Shown here piece after piece: positions 1 to 8,656 of a stretch of DNA of 53,761 nt. The DNA is taken from positions 1 through 53,761 of IMG/VR virus record IMGVR_UViG_3300050015_000366. One strand, given 5' to 3'. Every line of letters begins with the position of its first letter. Position 1 is the stretch's first letter. Origin of the DNA: a virus. Its lineage: Duplodnaviria; Caudoviricetes. The notes beneath the pieces are model-generated. The model was not told the origin of the DNA, made no database searches, and saw only the letters and a program-made list of their open reading frames with translations. The position numbers and the translations under genes were made by a program.

Positions 1-128
1 CGGCTGCACCTACGGCGTCGGCTACGGCACAGGCCACACGATCAGCGGCACCGTGAGCGGCTGCACCTACGGCGTCTACTCCGGCACAGGCCACACGATC
101 AGCGGCACCGTGAGCGGCTGCACCTACA
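1..128 (+). repeat. 57-bp coding tandem repeat (left part of array)
   Basis: Unit ggctgcacc(t/a)acggcgtctactccggcacaggccacacgatcagcggcaccgtgagc, about 2.2 copies. Confidence 0.95.
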
Positions 129-736
129 CGGTGTGCATTGGTGACGACGGCCCGGCCAACATTGTTGCGCGTGGAACGGCGACCTTGCCAACTCCACCGA
201 CGTTTTACGGCCGCAACATCTCCGGCGACGGCCATCGTGGGTTGAAGTGCGAGGACTACGGCGGTGTGCTCGGCGCCAGTTACGCCTTCTTTTGCACCGG
301 CGACGTGATTCGGAACGCGTCCATCGTGCGGTCTGGTGGCGCGGATAACTCGTTGGAGGTCGTGCCCTTGTCCGCGTGCGGAACGATTGGTGTCGCCGGG
401 GCCACAGCGGATGGCAAGATCCCGATTTTCGAGTGGGTCGAACTCGACGTGCCCGCCTCCGCGCAAACCAGAAGCGTCTACGTGCGGGGCGAGGGCTGGA
501 CGACGTGGCCCACGGCGGCGCAGCTCTACCTTGAAGCGGAATACTTCTCGGACGATGCACCGATGACGACGACCGTGGTGGCCTCCACGCAGGTACTCAC
601 AGACAACACGACCTGGACGGCGCTCTCTGTGTCGTGTACGCCGCACATGGTCAGCCGTGTGCGTTACCGGATGTGGCTCGGGGCGTACCAAGCGGCCTCG
701 AAGATCTACGTCGATAACCAACTGGTGACGAGTTAG
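1..736 (+). CDS. C-terminal part of tail spike / beta-helix protein (continuation of the ORF starting at 52481)
   Basis: Frame is open from base 2, begins with the same 19-aa GCTxGVYSGTGHTISGTVS repeats that end the window, and stops at 736. Confidence 0.75.
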   Translation, partial: GCTYGVGYGTGHTISGTVSGCTYGVYSGTGHTISGTVSGCTYTVCIGDDGPANIVARGTATLPTPPTFYGRNISGDGHRGLKCEDYGGVLGASYAFFCTGDVIRNASIVRSGGADNSLEVVPLSACGTIGVAGATADGKIPIFEWVELDVPASAQTRSVYVRGEGWTTWPTAAQLYLEAEYFSDDAPMTTTVVASTQVLTDNTTWTALSVSCTPHMVSRVRYRMWLGAYQAASKIYVDNQLVTS

Positions 737-739
737 GCG

Positions 740-2053
740 ATGGCCACGAACGCGGTCTACACGGACGGCGAATCACGGCTCCCGCAGGCGCGGCCTACGA
801 GTGCGGTGTCGCCGGCCTATGCGGACGGAGAGAGCGGGACATTACCGCTGTCTCAATATGTGAGTGCGGGAGGCAACACCTACGAGGTGGCGGCCTCACT
901 CGCCTCCGCCTCCGCCTTCGGCAGCAACACCACCGCGCAGTTCTGTGTCGGCATGGGCCTGTCGGCGACGACGGCGATGGGCGACGGGGCGGCGGGATCG
1001 TTTCAGTCCGCCTTGGCCCTGACCATCGCGGCGGCGCTCCAGGCGGCGACAGCGCTGCAAGTCTCGCCCTCGGCGACGCTCTCCGCATCCACTGGATTGG
1101 TCACGACCAGTTCGCTTCAGGCGCTGGCGGCCTCTGCGCTCGCGGCCAGTTCCGCGCTCACCGATGACGGGGCACGGGTGACGTTCGTGGCGTCGGTCCT
1201 CTCGGCGGCGACTGGTCTCACGAACACGGCGGCGCTCTCGGCGATCGTCTCATCCGCGCTCGCGTCAAGCACCGCGCTCGCCTCGCAAGCGTCACAGATC
1301 GCGGTGGGCGTGGCGGCGTTGTCAGCCGCGACAGCCCTCACCTCGCAGCCCTCGCTCATCGCGCTCGCGGCCCTCATCCTCTCAGGCGCGACGGGGCTCA
1401 CAACCGACGGTAGTCTGCCCGGCGGGTTGCAAGCCGTGGCCGCCCTCTCGGCGGCGACCGGATTCGCGTCGGCCTCGCAGCTTGCGGCGCTGGCACAGGC
1501 GGCGCTCACGGCCTCGGCCAGCCTGACGCCCTCGGTCCTCGCCTCACTACTGGCCTCCGCGTCATTCTCCGCCACGACGACCCTCACGCCTGGCGCGGCG
1601 CTGCTTCTGACCTGTGCCGCCTCGCTGGCCGGACATCCGGCGCTCATCAGCGACGGGGCGCGGACCACGTTCGGCGGGGTGTCGCTTGCGGCCACGGCGG
1701 GACTCACCGACTCGGCGCTGGCTGCGCTGGCGTCCTCGCTGGCGCTGGACATCCATGCGACCCTCGGCGCCACGTCGCAGCAGGTGGCCGTCGTGCTGGC
1801 CGCTCTCGGGGCAAACGCGGGCATCACGGCGACCACCACGGCCGTCCTGCAGGCGGCCCTGCTGCTGTCGGCGGTATCAGCCCTGCAGTCGGTCGGCGCC
1901 CTCAACCTGATCGACCCGACGTTGATTCATCTCGTCGTGACGGCACTGACCACGCCGGGGCTATCGACCGTCTCTCTCACCACGCCGGGCCTGTCCGGTG
2001 TTTCACTGACCGCGCCGGGCCTGTCCGGCATCGACCTGGAGTCCGCATCATGA
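740..2053 (+). CDS. Ala/Ser/Leu/Thr-rich repetitive protein, probably virion-associated
   Basis: 437 aa, quasi-periodic A-x-L-x-A-x-(S/T) pattern, C-terminal LT(T/A)PGLS repeats, lies among tail genes. Confidence 0.6.
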   Translation: MATNAVYTDGESRLPQARPTSAVSPAYADGESGTLPLSQYVSAGGNTYEVAASLASASAFGSNTTAQFCVGMGLSATTAMGDGAAGSFQSALALTIAAALQAATALQVSPSATLSASTGLVTTSSLQALAASALAASSALTDDGARVTFVASVLSAATGLTNTAALSAIVSSALASSTALASQASQIAVGVAALSAATALTSQPSLIALAALILSGATGLTTDGSLPGGLQAVAALSAATGFASASQLAALAQAALTASASLTPSVLASLLASASFSATTTLTPGAALLLTCAASLAGHPALISDGARTTFGGVSLAATAGLTDSALAALASSLALDIHATLGATSQQVAVVLAALGANAGITATTTAVLQAALLLSAVSALQSVGALNLIDPTLIHLVVTALTTPGLSTVSLTTPGLSGVSLTAPGLSGIDLESAS

Positions 2054-2586
2054 CCATGCTCAAGCGCACACTCGCCGCCCTGTTCGGCCTCCACCTCGGG
2101 GCCACGCTGCACCATCACTATGTCGTGGAGGCTCACGACAAGAACGGGAACCTGAAGTGGCGCGAGGAGCTCGATAACCTCGTCACCACGGAAGGCATGA
2201 ACAAGTACCTCGACGCCACGCTCAAAACCGGGCTGGCCTCTCCGGCGTGGTACGTGTCGCTGATCAAGGCGGCGAGTGGATCGATCGTCGCCGCCGACAC
2301 AATGGCCTCGCACTCCGGCTGGACAGAGGGTGCGCCGGGCACCGACTGGACCGGAAACCGGATCGTCTGGACGCCGGGCACCATCGCGGCCGGATCGGTG
2401 GACAACTCCGGGAGCAAGGCGGTCTTCCCGATCCTCGGCTCGCTCACCATCAAGGGCGCCCTGCTGACCGACGCGGCGACCGGCACGGCCGGAAAGCTGC
2501 TCGGCGCGGCGCTGTTCACGGGCGGGGACCGAACCGTGGTGGGTGGCGACACGCTGTCCGTGCAAGTCACCTGCTCGCTGTCGTAA
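2050..2586 (+). CDS. putative phage tail/baseplate structural protein
   Basis: ATGA overlap with the previous gene; NLVTTEGMNKYLD...FTGGDRTVVGGDTLSV resembles small tail-associated proteins. Confidence 0.6.
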   Translation: MTMLKRTLAALFGLHLGATLHHHYVVEAHDKNGNLKWREELDNLVTTEGMNKYLDATLKTGLASPAWYVSLIKAASGSIVAADTMASHSGWTEGAPGTDWTGNRIVWTPGTIAAGSVDNSGSKAVFPILGSLTIKGALLTDAATGTAGKLLGAALFTGGDRTVVGGDTLSVQVTCSLS

Positions 2587-2601
2587 GGACGGGAGCCCTG
2601 A

Positions 2602-3018
2602 ATGAACGCGACGCCTCGCACGGTGGTGCCCGGTCTGTTTGCCGAGGGGGCCAGCGCGGTCCTCTCGGCCACGCTGCTGGACGTCGACGGCGTCACGCCC
2701 GTCGCCGGCGCCGACAGCGTCTTCGACACGCTGACCATGACGCTCTACGAGCTGCGATCGGGCACGGTCGTGAACGCCACGGCGACACTCCGCAACATTC
2801 TGAACGCCAACGGCGGCGTCGTGACGGCCGCGGGGCTACTCACGATCGCGCTGGACGGTGCCGCCGATATGGTCTGCGTGGGCCAGAGCGAGACCGAGGC
2901 GCACGTGGCCCGCATCGTCGGGAAGTGGGGCGCGACCCCGGAGAAGGTGCTCGAGCACGAGATCGTCTTCACGGTGCACCGGCGCGCGACCGTGGTGGCG
3001 GCGCCGCCGACGCCATGA
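2602..3018 (+). CDS. hypothetical beta-rich protein (BppU-like N-terminal domain possible)
   Basis: GGGAG SD, genome-typical codon bias, beta-strand pattern ending IVFTV. Confidence 0.55.
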   Translation: MNATPRTVVPGLFAEGASAVLSATLLDVDGVTPVAGADSVFDTLTMTLYELRSGTVVNATATLRNILNANGGVVTAAGLLTIALDGAADMVCVGQSETEAHVARIVGKWGATPEKVLEHEIVFTVHRRATVVAAPPTP

Positions 3019-3035
3019 CCGCCTACGGAGGGCCG

Positions 3036-3341
3036 ATGCGGCTCGTGGATCTCAATCCGTGGTTCGTCGGCCACGGCGGCGAGGGCGTCACCGAAACCGC
3101 GACCGGCAACCCCATCCCGCGCCGCGAAGGTGTCGGCGTCGGCTTCGATTGCCCCTGCGGGTGCGGGCAGGAGATCTACGTGCCCTTCGCCAACCCGATC
3201 GATGGCGGGACGGCGATCCAGCGCGGCTGGGTGCGCGTCGGCGAGACGATGGAGACCCTGACGCTCACGCCGTCGATCCTGCGGCTGAGCGGCTGTCGGT
3301 GGCACGGCTGGGTGACGCGCGGCGAGGTAACGGCGGTATGA
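3036..3341 (+). CDS. DUF6527-like Cys/His protein
   Basis: FDCPCGCG...W...LTLTPSILRLSGCRWHGWVTRGEV; GGAGG SD before ATG 3036 (alternative start 3015). Confidence 0.65.
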   Translation: MRLVDLNPWFVGHGGEGVTETATGNPIPRREGVGVGFDCPCGCGQEIYVPFANPIDGGTAIQRGWVRVGETMETLTLTPSILRLSGCRWHGWVTRGEVTAV

Positions 3342-3856
3342 AGATCCCCGACTGCCTGAAGCCCGGCGACTGCTTGCTCTACCGGCCCAACTCGATCGTG
3401 GGCTGGTTCATCGCCGTGAAGACGTGGCGCCGCGTCTCGCATTGCGAGGTCTACGTCGGCGGCGGGATGAGCGTCGCGGCGCGCGGCCCACAGGACGGCG
3501 TCGGCGGCGTCGGCCTCTACGCGCTGCGACTCGCCGATCTCGCGCACGTGCTCCGCCCGTCGGACGTGTTTCGCCTCGGCGACGCGATGCAGTGGTTCGG
3601 GACGGTGGCGGGGGAGAAGTACGACTTCTGGGGCCTACTCCGGTTCTTCACCATCGGCACGGGCTGGCCCGATCGCATGTTCTGCAGCGAGTTCGCGACG
3701 CGGTTCTATCGCCGCGGCGGGCTCGAGCCGTTCCAGCCGGACGTCGACGCCGACACGGTCGCTCCCGGCGAGCTGCTGCTCTCGCCGGTGTTCACGCACT
3801 ACGTCGTGCACGGCGAGCTTCTCGCGCCGGCGCACCTCCTCAAGGAGACAGTATGA
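3338..3856 (+). CDS. permuted papain-like NlpC/P60 (YiiX/YaeF-type) enzyme
   Basis: LKPGDCLLY...SHCEVYVG...KYDFWG...MFCSEF, with His before Cys (permuted order). Confidence 0.75.
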   Translation: MKIPDCLKPGDCLLYRPNSIVGWFIAVKTWRRVSHCEVYVGGGMSVAARGPQDGVGGVGLYALRLADLAHVLRPSDVFRLGDAMQWFGTVAGEKYDFWGLLRFFTIGTGWPDRMFCSEFATRFYRRGGLEPFQPDVDADTVAPGELLLSPVFTHYVVHGELLAPAHLLKETV

Positions 3857-4542
3857 ACTGGAAGAACGCACTCGGGATCTTTGGCGGACTCCTGATTGTC
3901 CTCGGCGCCGAGCTGATGAAGATCTCGGCCTGGAAGGAAGCGATGACGCCCGCGTTCGTCGGGCTACTCTTCGGCCAGATTGGCGGCATGATCGCACTGG
4001 TCACGGGCGCGATCTACACGCTGAAGCCGGGGCAGCAGGAGTCCTCGACGACCACCACCAGCACGGCGACGAAGGTCCTGCCCGCCGTCCTGTTGCTGCT
4101 CGCGCTGCCGGTGATGGGGATGAGCGTGACGGGCTGCGCGCTCTTCACGAAGAAGCCCACGCCCGCGACCGTCGAGCAGGGCTACCAGCAGGTGAAGACG
4201 GCGGCCGACGTCGTGAACAGCGCTGGCAAGATCGTCGCCTCGGCGCAGCAGCTCGAGATCCAGCTCGCGCAGAACCCGGCCGTCATTCCCCGGGCGACAC
4301 ACCGAGCGATCCAGCAAGGCTTCAGCGTCACAGCCGACAAGGTGACCAAGGGCCTCCAGGTGCTGCAGGACGTGACGAAGACGGCCACGGAGCGCCAGGC
4401 GGCGATTCAATCCATTTCGGATTCGGTCGGGCATCTCATCGACACGGAACTCGCCAGCCTTGCGCCTGAGACGCGGGCCGCGATCGTCGCAATCCTGGGC
4501 GGGGCGACCGTCGTGCTCAAGGCCGCCCTGCTGCTCACATAG
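3853..4542 (+). CDS. membrane protein: holin-like N-terminus, internal lipobox, C-terminal hydrophobic helix
   Basis: AAGGAG SD; two N-terminal hydrophobic helices, then VLLLLALPVMGMSVTG-C, helical body and hydrophobic C-terminus. Confidence 0.6.
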   Translation: MNWKNALGIFGGLLIVLGAELMKISAWKEAMTPAFVGLLFGQIGGMIALVTGAIYTLKPGQQESSTTTTSTATKVLPAVLLLLALPVMGMSVTGCALFTKKPTPATVEQGYQQVKTAADVVNSAGKIVASAQQLEIQLAQNPAVIPRATHRAIQQGFSVTADKVTKGLQVLQDVTKTATERQAAIQSISDSVGHLIDTELASLAPETRAAIVAILGGATVVLKAALLLT

Positions 4543-4550
4543 GAGGCACC

Positions 4551-4829
4551 ATGCTCGGAACGATTCTGCTCATCCTCGAGGGCGCGGAGAAAGCGATCCC
4601 ACTCGGTCTCGTGGCCGTCCAAGAGATTCAGAAGCTCATCGCCCTGCTCACGCCCGCGCCGAATCCCGACGGTACCACGCCGACGCAGGAAGAGGCTCTC
4701 GCGGCGGTCCTCGCGGCGATCGCCACCTGGCAGAGCGTCAAGGCGACGGCCGACGCCGAGGTGGCGAAGGTGGACGCCGAGACGCCGACCCCGCCGGTCG
4801 CACCGACCGATGCCGGCACCGGCCAGTAA
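4551..4829 (+). CDS. hypothetical protein (lysis-cluster associated)
   Basis: AGGAGG SD, amphipathic helices, last gene of the late operon. Confidence 0.65.
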   Translation: MLGTILLILEGAEKAIPLGLVAVQEIQKLIALLTPAPNPDGTTPTQEEALAAVLAAIATWQSVKATADAEVAKVDAETPTPPVAPTDAGTGQ

Positions 4830-4837
4830 CCTCATCG

Positions 4838-4887
4838 CCCGGCCGCTGCTCTGGGACGCGCTGCCCCGGCGCGAAGCGGCGGCCGGG
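4838..4887. terminator. possible hairpin between convergent operons
   Basis: cccggccgc...gcggccggg inverted repeat between convergent stops; no clear U-tract. Confidence 0.3.
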
Positions 4888-4890
4888 ACT

Positions 4891-5469
4891 CTAAAACGTG
4901 TCGAACAGTTCCGCTTGGAAGGCCGGCATGTTGGCCGCGACCGGAGGTTCCTCCGGGCATAGTTCCGACAACGGGGCAAGGGCGAGAAGATCGGCGATGG
5001 CCCGGTACACCATCCCGTGCCGACCCCAGTTCGGACTGGTGTGGTTGACGTGTTCAGACAGGTAGGCCAGATCGTTTCCGTAGAGGCCCGACGGGCTGGT
5101 GGCCGGGCTGTCCTTCGCCTGCCCGCCACGATGCAGAAACAGCAACCAGACCGGGCACTGAACGATCCGGCTCACGTCCTGATACTCGCGGTAATGATGC
5201 GCGTCGATCCCGGTCGTCCAGCGTTTCGTGATCCGGTGCCATGAAAAGGCTTCCTTGTGCTTGGCCTCGATCCACATCACGCCGCCGTGCCGAAAGACAA
5301 CAAGATCGGGAGCGACCAGTTGGCCGGCTGGAGTAAAGAGCCTCGGCCCCTTTCCGTCGTCGATCAGTTTTTCGTAGACCGGCAGCACCGACGATCCACG
5401 AAGCCGCAACCAGCGCGCTATCGCAGATTCTCCCGCCCGGCCTTCGTCTAGTCTCGCCGAGAAGTTCAT
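4891..5469 (-). CDS. PD-(D/E)xK family nuclease-like protein
   Basis: GRAGESAIARWL...APDLVVF...WIEAKHK matches the PD-(D/E)xK catalytic pattern; overlaps the MTase stop. Confidence 0.65.
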   Translation of the reverse strand: MNFSARLDEGRAGESAIARWLRLRGSSVLPVYEKLIDDGKGPRLFTPAGQLVAPDLVVFRHGGVMWIEAKHKEAFSWHRITKRWTTGIDAHHYREYQDVSRIVQCPVWLLFLHRGGQAKDSPATSPSGLYGNDLAYLSEHVNHTSPNWGRHGMVYRAIADLLALAPLSELCPEEPPVAANMPAFQAELFDTF

Positions 5470-6434
5470 TCCCAGGTCCGCCAGACGATCCCAGAATCAT
5501 TGAACGCCCCTGCAAAAGAGGCGGCCTCGCGCCCGAGGTAGATCACGATCTGGCCCTGAAGCGGTGCGCCCGTTGGTTCGCCGTCGGGGTTGAGGAATCG
5601 GACGCGCCCGCGAATGAGACAGATCGCGCTGGCTCTGAGAAGTAGGCGCTGGCACCAGTCGGTTTCGGTGGCATTGTTCACCAACACGCACGCCTGCTCG
5701 ATTTCGTGTGTGTCAAACCGCTTGGCGAGTTCGGCGCAGAAGTCCGCGATAGCCGGCTGTGCGTAAGGTGGATTCATCCACACCCGTGCGCCCCAGGGCT
5801 GCATCAGCCCGTTGGCCTCGGCGGTGTGCCAGGTCGTCGCCTTCACTGTCCGGTTGGCAGCATCAGATGACGCCGGGTCGCAATCGATCCCGCCCATCGT
5901 CTTGCGTGCGGCTTCGATGTAGCGGGAGGGCGTGTACCACTCATTGTCGCCGCTCGCGTTGGATACATGGGCGGGGGCTTTCAAGATGTCTACGGTGGCT
6001 CTCGCCTTGTCTTCCGTCACATTCTGCCGCCACTCGCCGATCATCCGCTCGAACTTCTGCTCTGGCACGGCGGCGAGTTTCCGCGCCGTGTCCGCTAGGT
6101 GCTTGTCGATCCCGGCGTCGGCCAGGGCGGGCACGAGCTTTGGTTTCACCGGGTCCGACTTCGACCCGGTGCTCCGAGTGTCTCCGCCGCCCTTCGCCAG
6201 TCCCACGGTGGCCCGCTGTGCGGCCATCATCAAGCCGACGCGGCGCTCGGCCCTGATTCAGATCTCAGCGGCGTCCGCTTCGAGCTGCTTGTTTTTGGCG
6301 ATCCGGGCATAGGCGGCAAGCGCCGCCCCGGAGTTGCGGATCTGCCTCACTTCGTCAACGGTTTTCGCGTTGGCGATGGCGAGACAGGCCGCGTCGTAGC
6401 GGATCAGTTGCGTGGTATTCTTGTCGTTGGCCAT
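5466..6434 (-). CDS. phage DNA N6-adenine methyltransferase with N-terminal helical extension; in-frame TGA at 6258-6260
   Basis: EWYTP, IDCDPAS, VWMNPPY and GRVRF motifs; the upstream ORF (MANDKN..., ATG 6434) is in the same frame, separated only by one TGA. Confidence 0.85.
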
Positions 6435-6569
6435 GCGGTGCCGTCTCCAGGGCGGCGCGGTGTGGACAGGGGCGTTCGGGTGTTCAGTCACTTGGACGCC
6501 TCGCTTACTTTACCCGATCCCGCCCGCTTTGACCTCAAAAAATAATTCTCGCGATCCCACTGAATTAGG

Positions 6570-6599
6570 TTGACAGCGTATTAGCGGACCCTGTAAGAT
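6570..6599 (+). promoter_or_regulatory. sigma70-type early promoter
   Basis: TTGACA (6570-6575), 18-nt spacer, TAAGAT (6594-6599), in an AT-rich divergent intergenic region. Confidence 0.7.
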
Positions 6600-6620
6600 G
6601 GCCCCGTCAGTGAGAAACGC

Positions 6621-6818
6621 ATGACGAAAACGCAGCTACTGAACAGAATCGAAGCGGCCATCAGGCAGGCCGGAAGCGCGAAGAACCTGGCCGACCAGTG
6701 GGGCGTCTCGCCGGCCTACATCAGTGATGTGCGGCGAGGGCGGCGCGATCCGGGTCCGGCGGTCCTGCGGAACCTCGGCCTCTCGGCCACGACGTCCTAC
6801 GCCGCGACCGGCGAGTAG
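6621..6818 (+). CDS. Cro-like helix-turn-helix regulator
   Basis: AKNLADQWGVSPAYISDVRRGRRDPG; first gene after the promoter. Confidence 0.85.
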   Translation: MTKTQLLNRIEAAIRQAGSAKNLADQWGVSPAYISDVRRGRRDPGPAVLRNLGLSATTSYAATGE

Positions 6819-6879
6819 CCGTACACACGACGGGCGCCGCTAGAACGGCGCCCAACCAACCAGAGTCACAGGAGGACTC

Positions 6880-7413
6880 ATGGCCAGCACGCAACAGTTT
6901 ACACCGTTCCTCCCCGTCACCGCCCTGAGTTCCTTCATGTCCCACTTCGACCGCACCTCCGCGTCTCGGTCGGGCGCCGCTCCGGTGGCCCCCAGCCCGG
7001 CCGAGACGCCCGTCGTGGCCGAGACCCCGGCCGAGACGCGCGCGATGGACGTCTCGGCGCGGTTCTTCCCGGCGCTCGCCTACGGCCAGCGGCGGACGCT
7101 GGTGCGCGCGATCGCCCGGATGACCGAGCACCCGGACTCGCCGCGCTTCGAGGTCGAGATCCGGGCGGCGTACCGGGGCGCCGTGATCGAGACGACGCCC
7201 TCGGGCCTCATCAACCCGACGCCGCTCGACTGGACGGCGCTGTGGCTGTCGCAGCAGCTCCCGGGCGCCGCGATGCACGTCTACCGCGCGCTGGTGACGC
7301 GGATGCTCGAACACGTCCGCCTGCTTGGTGCGGGGCGCCTGACGCCAGAGCAGACCCGGATCCACTGCGTCTACCGCAAGGCGGCGAGCGAACTCGCCAC
7401 GGAAAGAGAGTAG
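6880..7413 (+). CDS. hypothetical protein
   Basis: AGGAGG SD, genome-typical codon bias. Confidence 0.65.
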   Translation: MASTQQFTPFLPVTALSSFMSHFDRTSASRSGAAPVAPSPAETPVVAETPAETRAMDVSARFFPALAYGQRRTLVRAIARMTEHPDSPRFEVEIRAAYRGAVIETTPSGLINPTPLDWTALWLSQQLPGAAMHVYRALVTRMLEHVRLLGAGRLTPEQTRIHCVYRKAASELATERE

Positions 7414-7419
7414 GGCATC

Positions 7420-8646
7420 ATGGCCAACGACACCAACGCCCTGGTTGCGCTGCAGAAGAGCGCCGGGCAGAGCATCACCACCGCCAACGACCTCGCCACG
7501 CGCATCCGCGAGTGGAACGAGCTCGCGCACGTCCTGACGCCCGCGATCTCCGTCTCGTCGATCGCGCCGCAGCACGTCGTCAACGTCGCCGTCGTCGTCA
7601 TCAGCCCCGTCGTCGGCGACAACGGCCGGGGCGACGACACCTACGGCCTCGACAAGGATGACAAGGGCCTGCCCTGGCTGAAGCGGGGTGAGCGAGCCAT
7701 CAACCGCGTCGGCCTGATGAAGCTCTCCCAGGCGGCCGGCGTGTCGTGGGACGCGGCGCTCTCGGGCCGTACCGACGACCGCAAGGAGCGCTACTACTGG
7801 GAATACAAGGCCGTCGGGCACTACGTCGGCTTCGACGGCAACCTCCAGACGATCATCGGCACCTTCGAGCTGGACCTCCGGAACGATTCGCCCGCGATGA
7901 AGGGCTTCACCGACTCGCAGATCACGGCCACGCGCAAGAGCGGCCTGCGGATCTGCGAATCGAAAGCCCAGGCGGCGGCCGTCCGGCAGCTCGGCCTGAA
8001 GCAGAAATACACAGCCGAGGAACTGAAGAAGCCCTTCGTCATCCTCAGGACCTCGTTCGTCCCCGACCTGGGGGACCCCGAGCAGCGGCGGATGGTGGCC
8101 GAGCGCGGCCTCGCCGGCGCCAGCGCGCTCTATCCGTCGCGGCAGCTCGGCGCCGGCCACCACGAGGCCGACACGATCGACGTGCAGGCCACGCGCGTCG
8201 AAACCGTCGACACGTCGGCGGGGAAGGTCGACACCGGCACGGGCGAGATCGTCGAGCAGGCGCCGCCGACGAACGGGAACGGCGCGCAGGCCGCGGGCCA
8301 GCAGCAGCAGCAGCAGCAGCCGGCCGAGCCCACCGGCCCGACGATCGTCAACGTCCGGCTGCAGCCCGGCACCACGACCGACGTGAAGGACGCGCAGGGC
8401 AACGTCACCCGCAAGGGCGGCCGGCCCTACACGCGCTACTTCATCACGCTCAGCGACGGCCGCGAGCTGCACACCTTCGACACCAACATCGGCAAGCTGG
8501 CGCAGGAGCTGATGGCCGCGAAGGCGCCGATCGAGGTGACCCCCCAGGAGAGCCGGTGGGGGATCGACATCGTCGAGCTGCGGCGCGCGCAGCCGCGCCT
8601 GCCGATGGACAGCGACGGGCCGACCGACGCGGATCTCAAATTGTAG
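7420..8646 (+). CDS. hypothetical protein, possibly a single-strand annealing/recombination protein
   Basis: 408 aa, globular N-domain, low-complexity linker with Q7, small C-domain; directly upstream of sbcD/sbcC; function inferred from context only. Confidence 0.5.
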   Translation: MANDTNALVALQKSAGQSITTANDLATRIREWNELAHVLTPAISVSSIAPQHVVNVAVVVISPVVGDNGRGDDTYGLDKDDKGLPWLKRGERAINRVGLMKLSQAAGVSWDAALSGRTDDRKERYYWEYKAVGHYVGFDGNLQTIIGTFELDLRNDSPAMKGFTDSQITATRKSGLRICESKAQAAAVRQLGLKQKYTAEELKKPFVILRTSFVPDLGDPEQRRMVAERGLAGASALYPSRQLGAGHHEADTIDVQATRVETVDTSAGKVDTGTGEIVEQAPPTNGNGAQAAGQQQQQQQPAEPTGPTIVNVRLQPGTTTDVKDAQGNVTRKGGRPYTRYFITLSDGRELHTFDTNIGKLAQELMAAKAPIEVTPQESRWGIDIVELRRAQPRLPMDSDGPTDADLKL

Positions 8647-8656
8647 GAGCCGCGCC

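Noticed and set aside
6258-6260. Genome-wide TGA recoding
   Set aside because: TGA terminates many genes in ATGA overlaps; only one in-frame case was seen.
6832-6853. Hairpin gggcgccg/cggcgccc after the cro-like gene as an intrinsic terminator
   Set aside because: No U-tract follows; it may be regulatory but cannot be called.
8299-8319. (CAG)7 poly-Gln tract
   Set aside because: It is an in-frame triplet repeat in a disordered linker, with no sign of a switch function.
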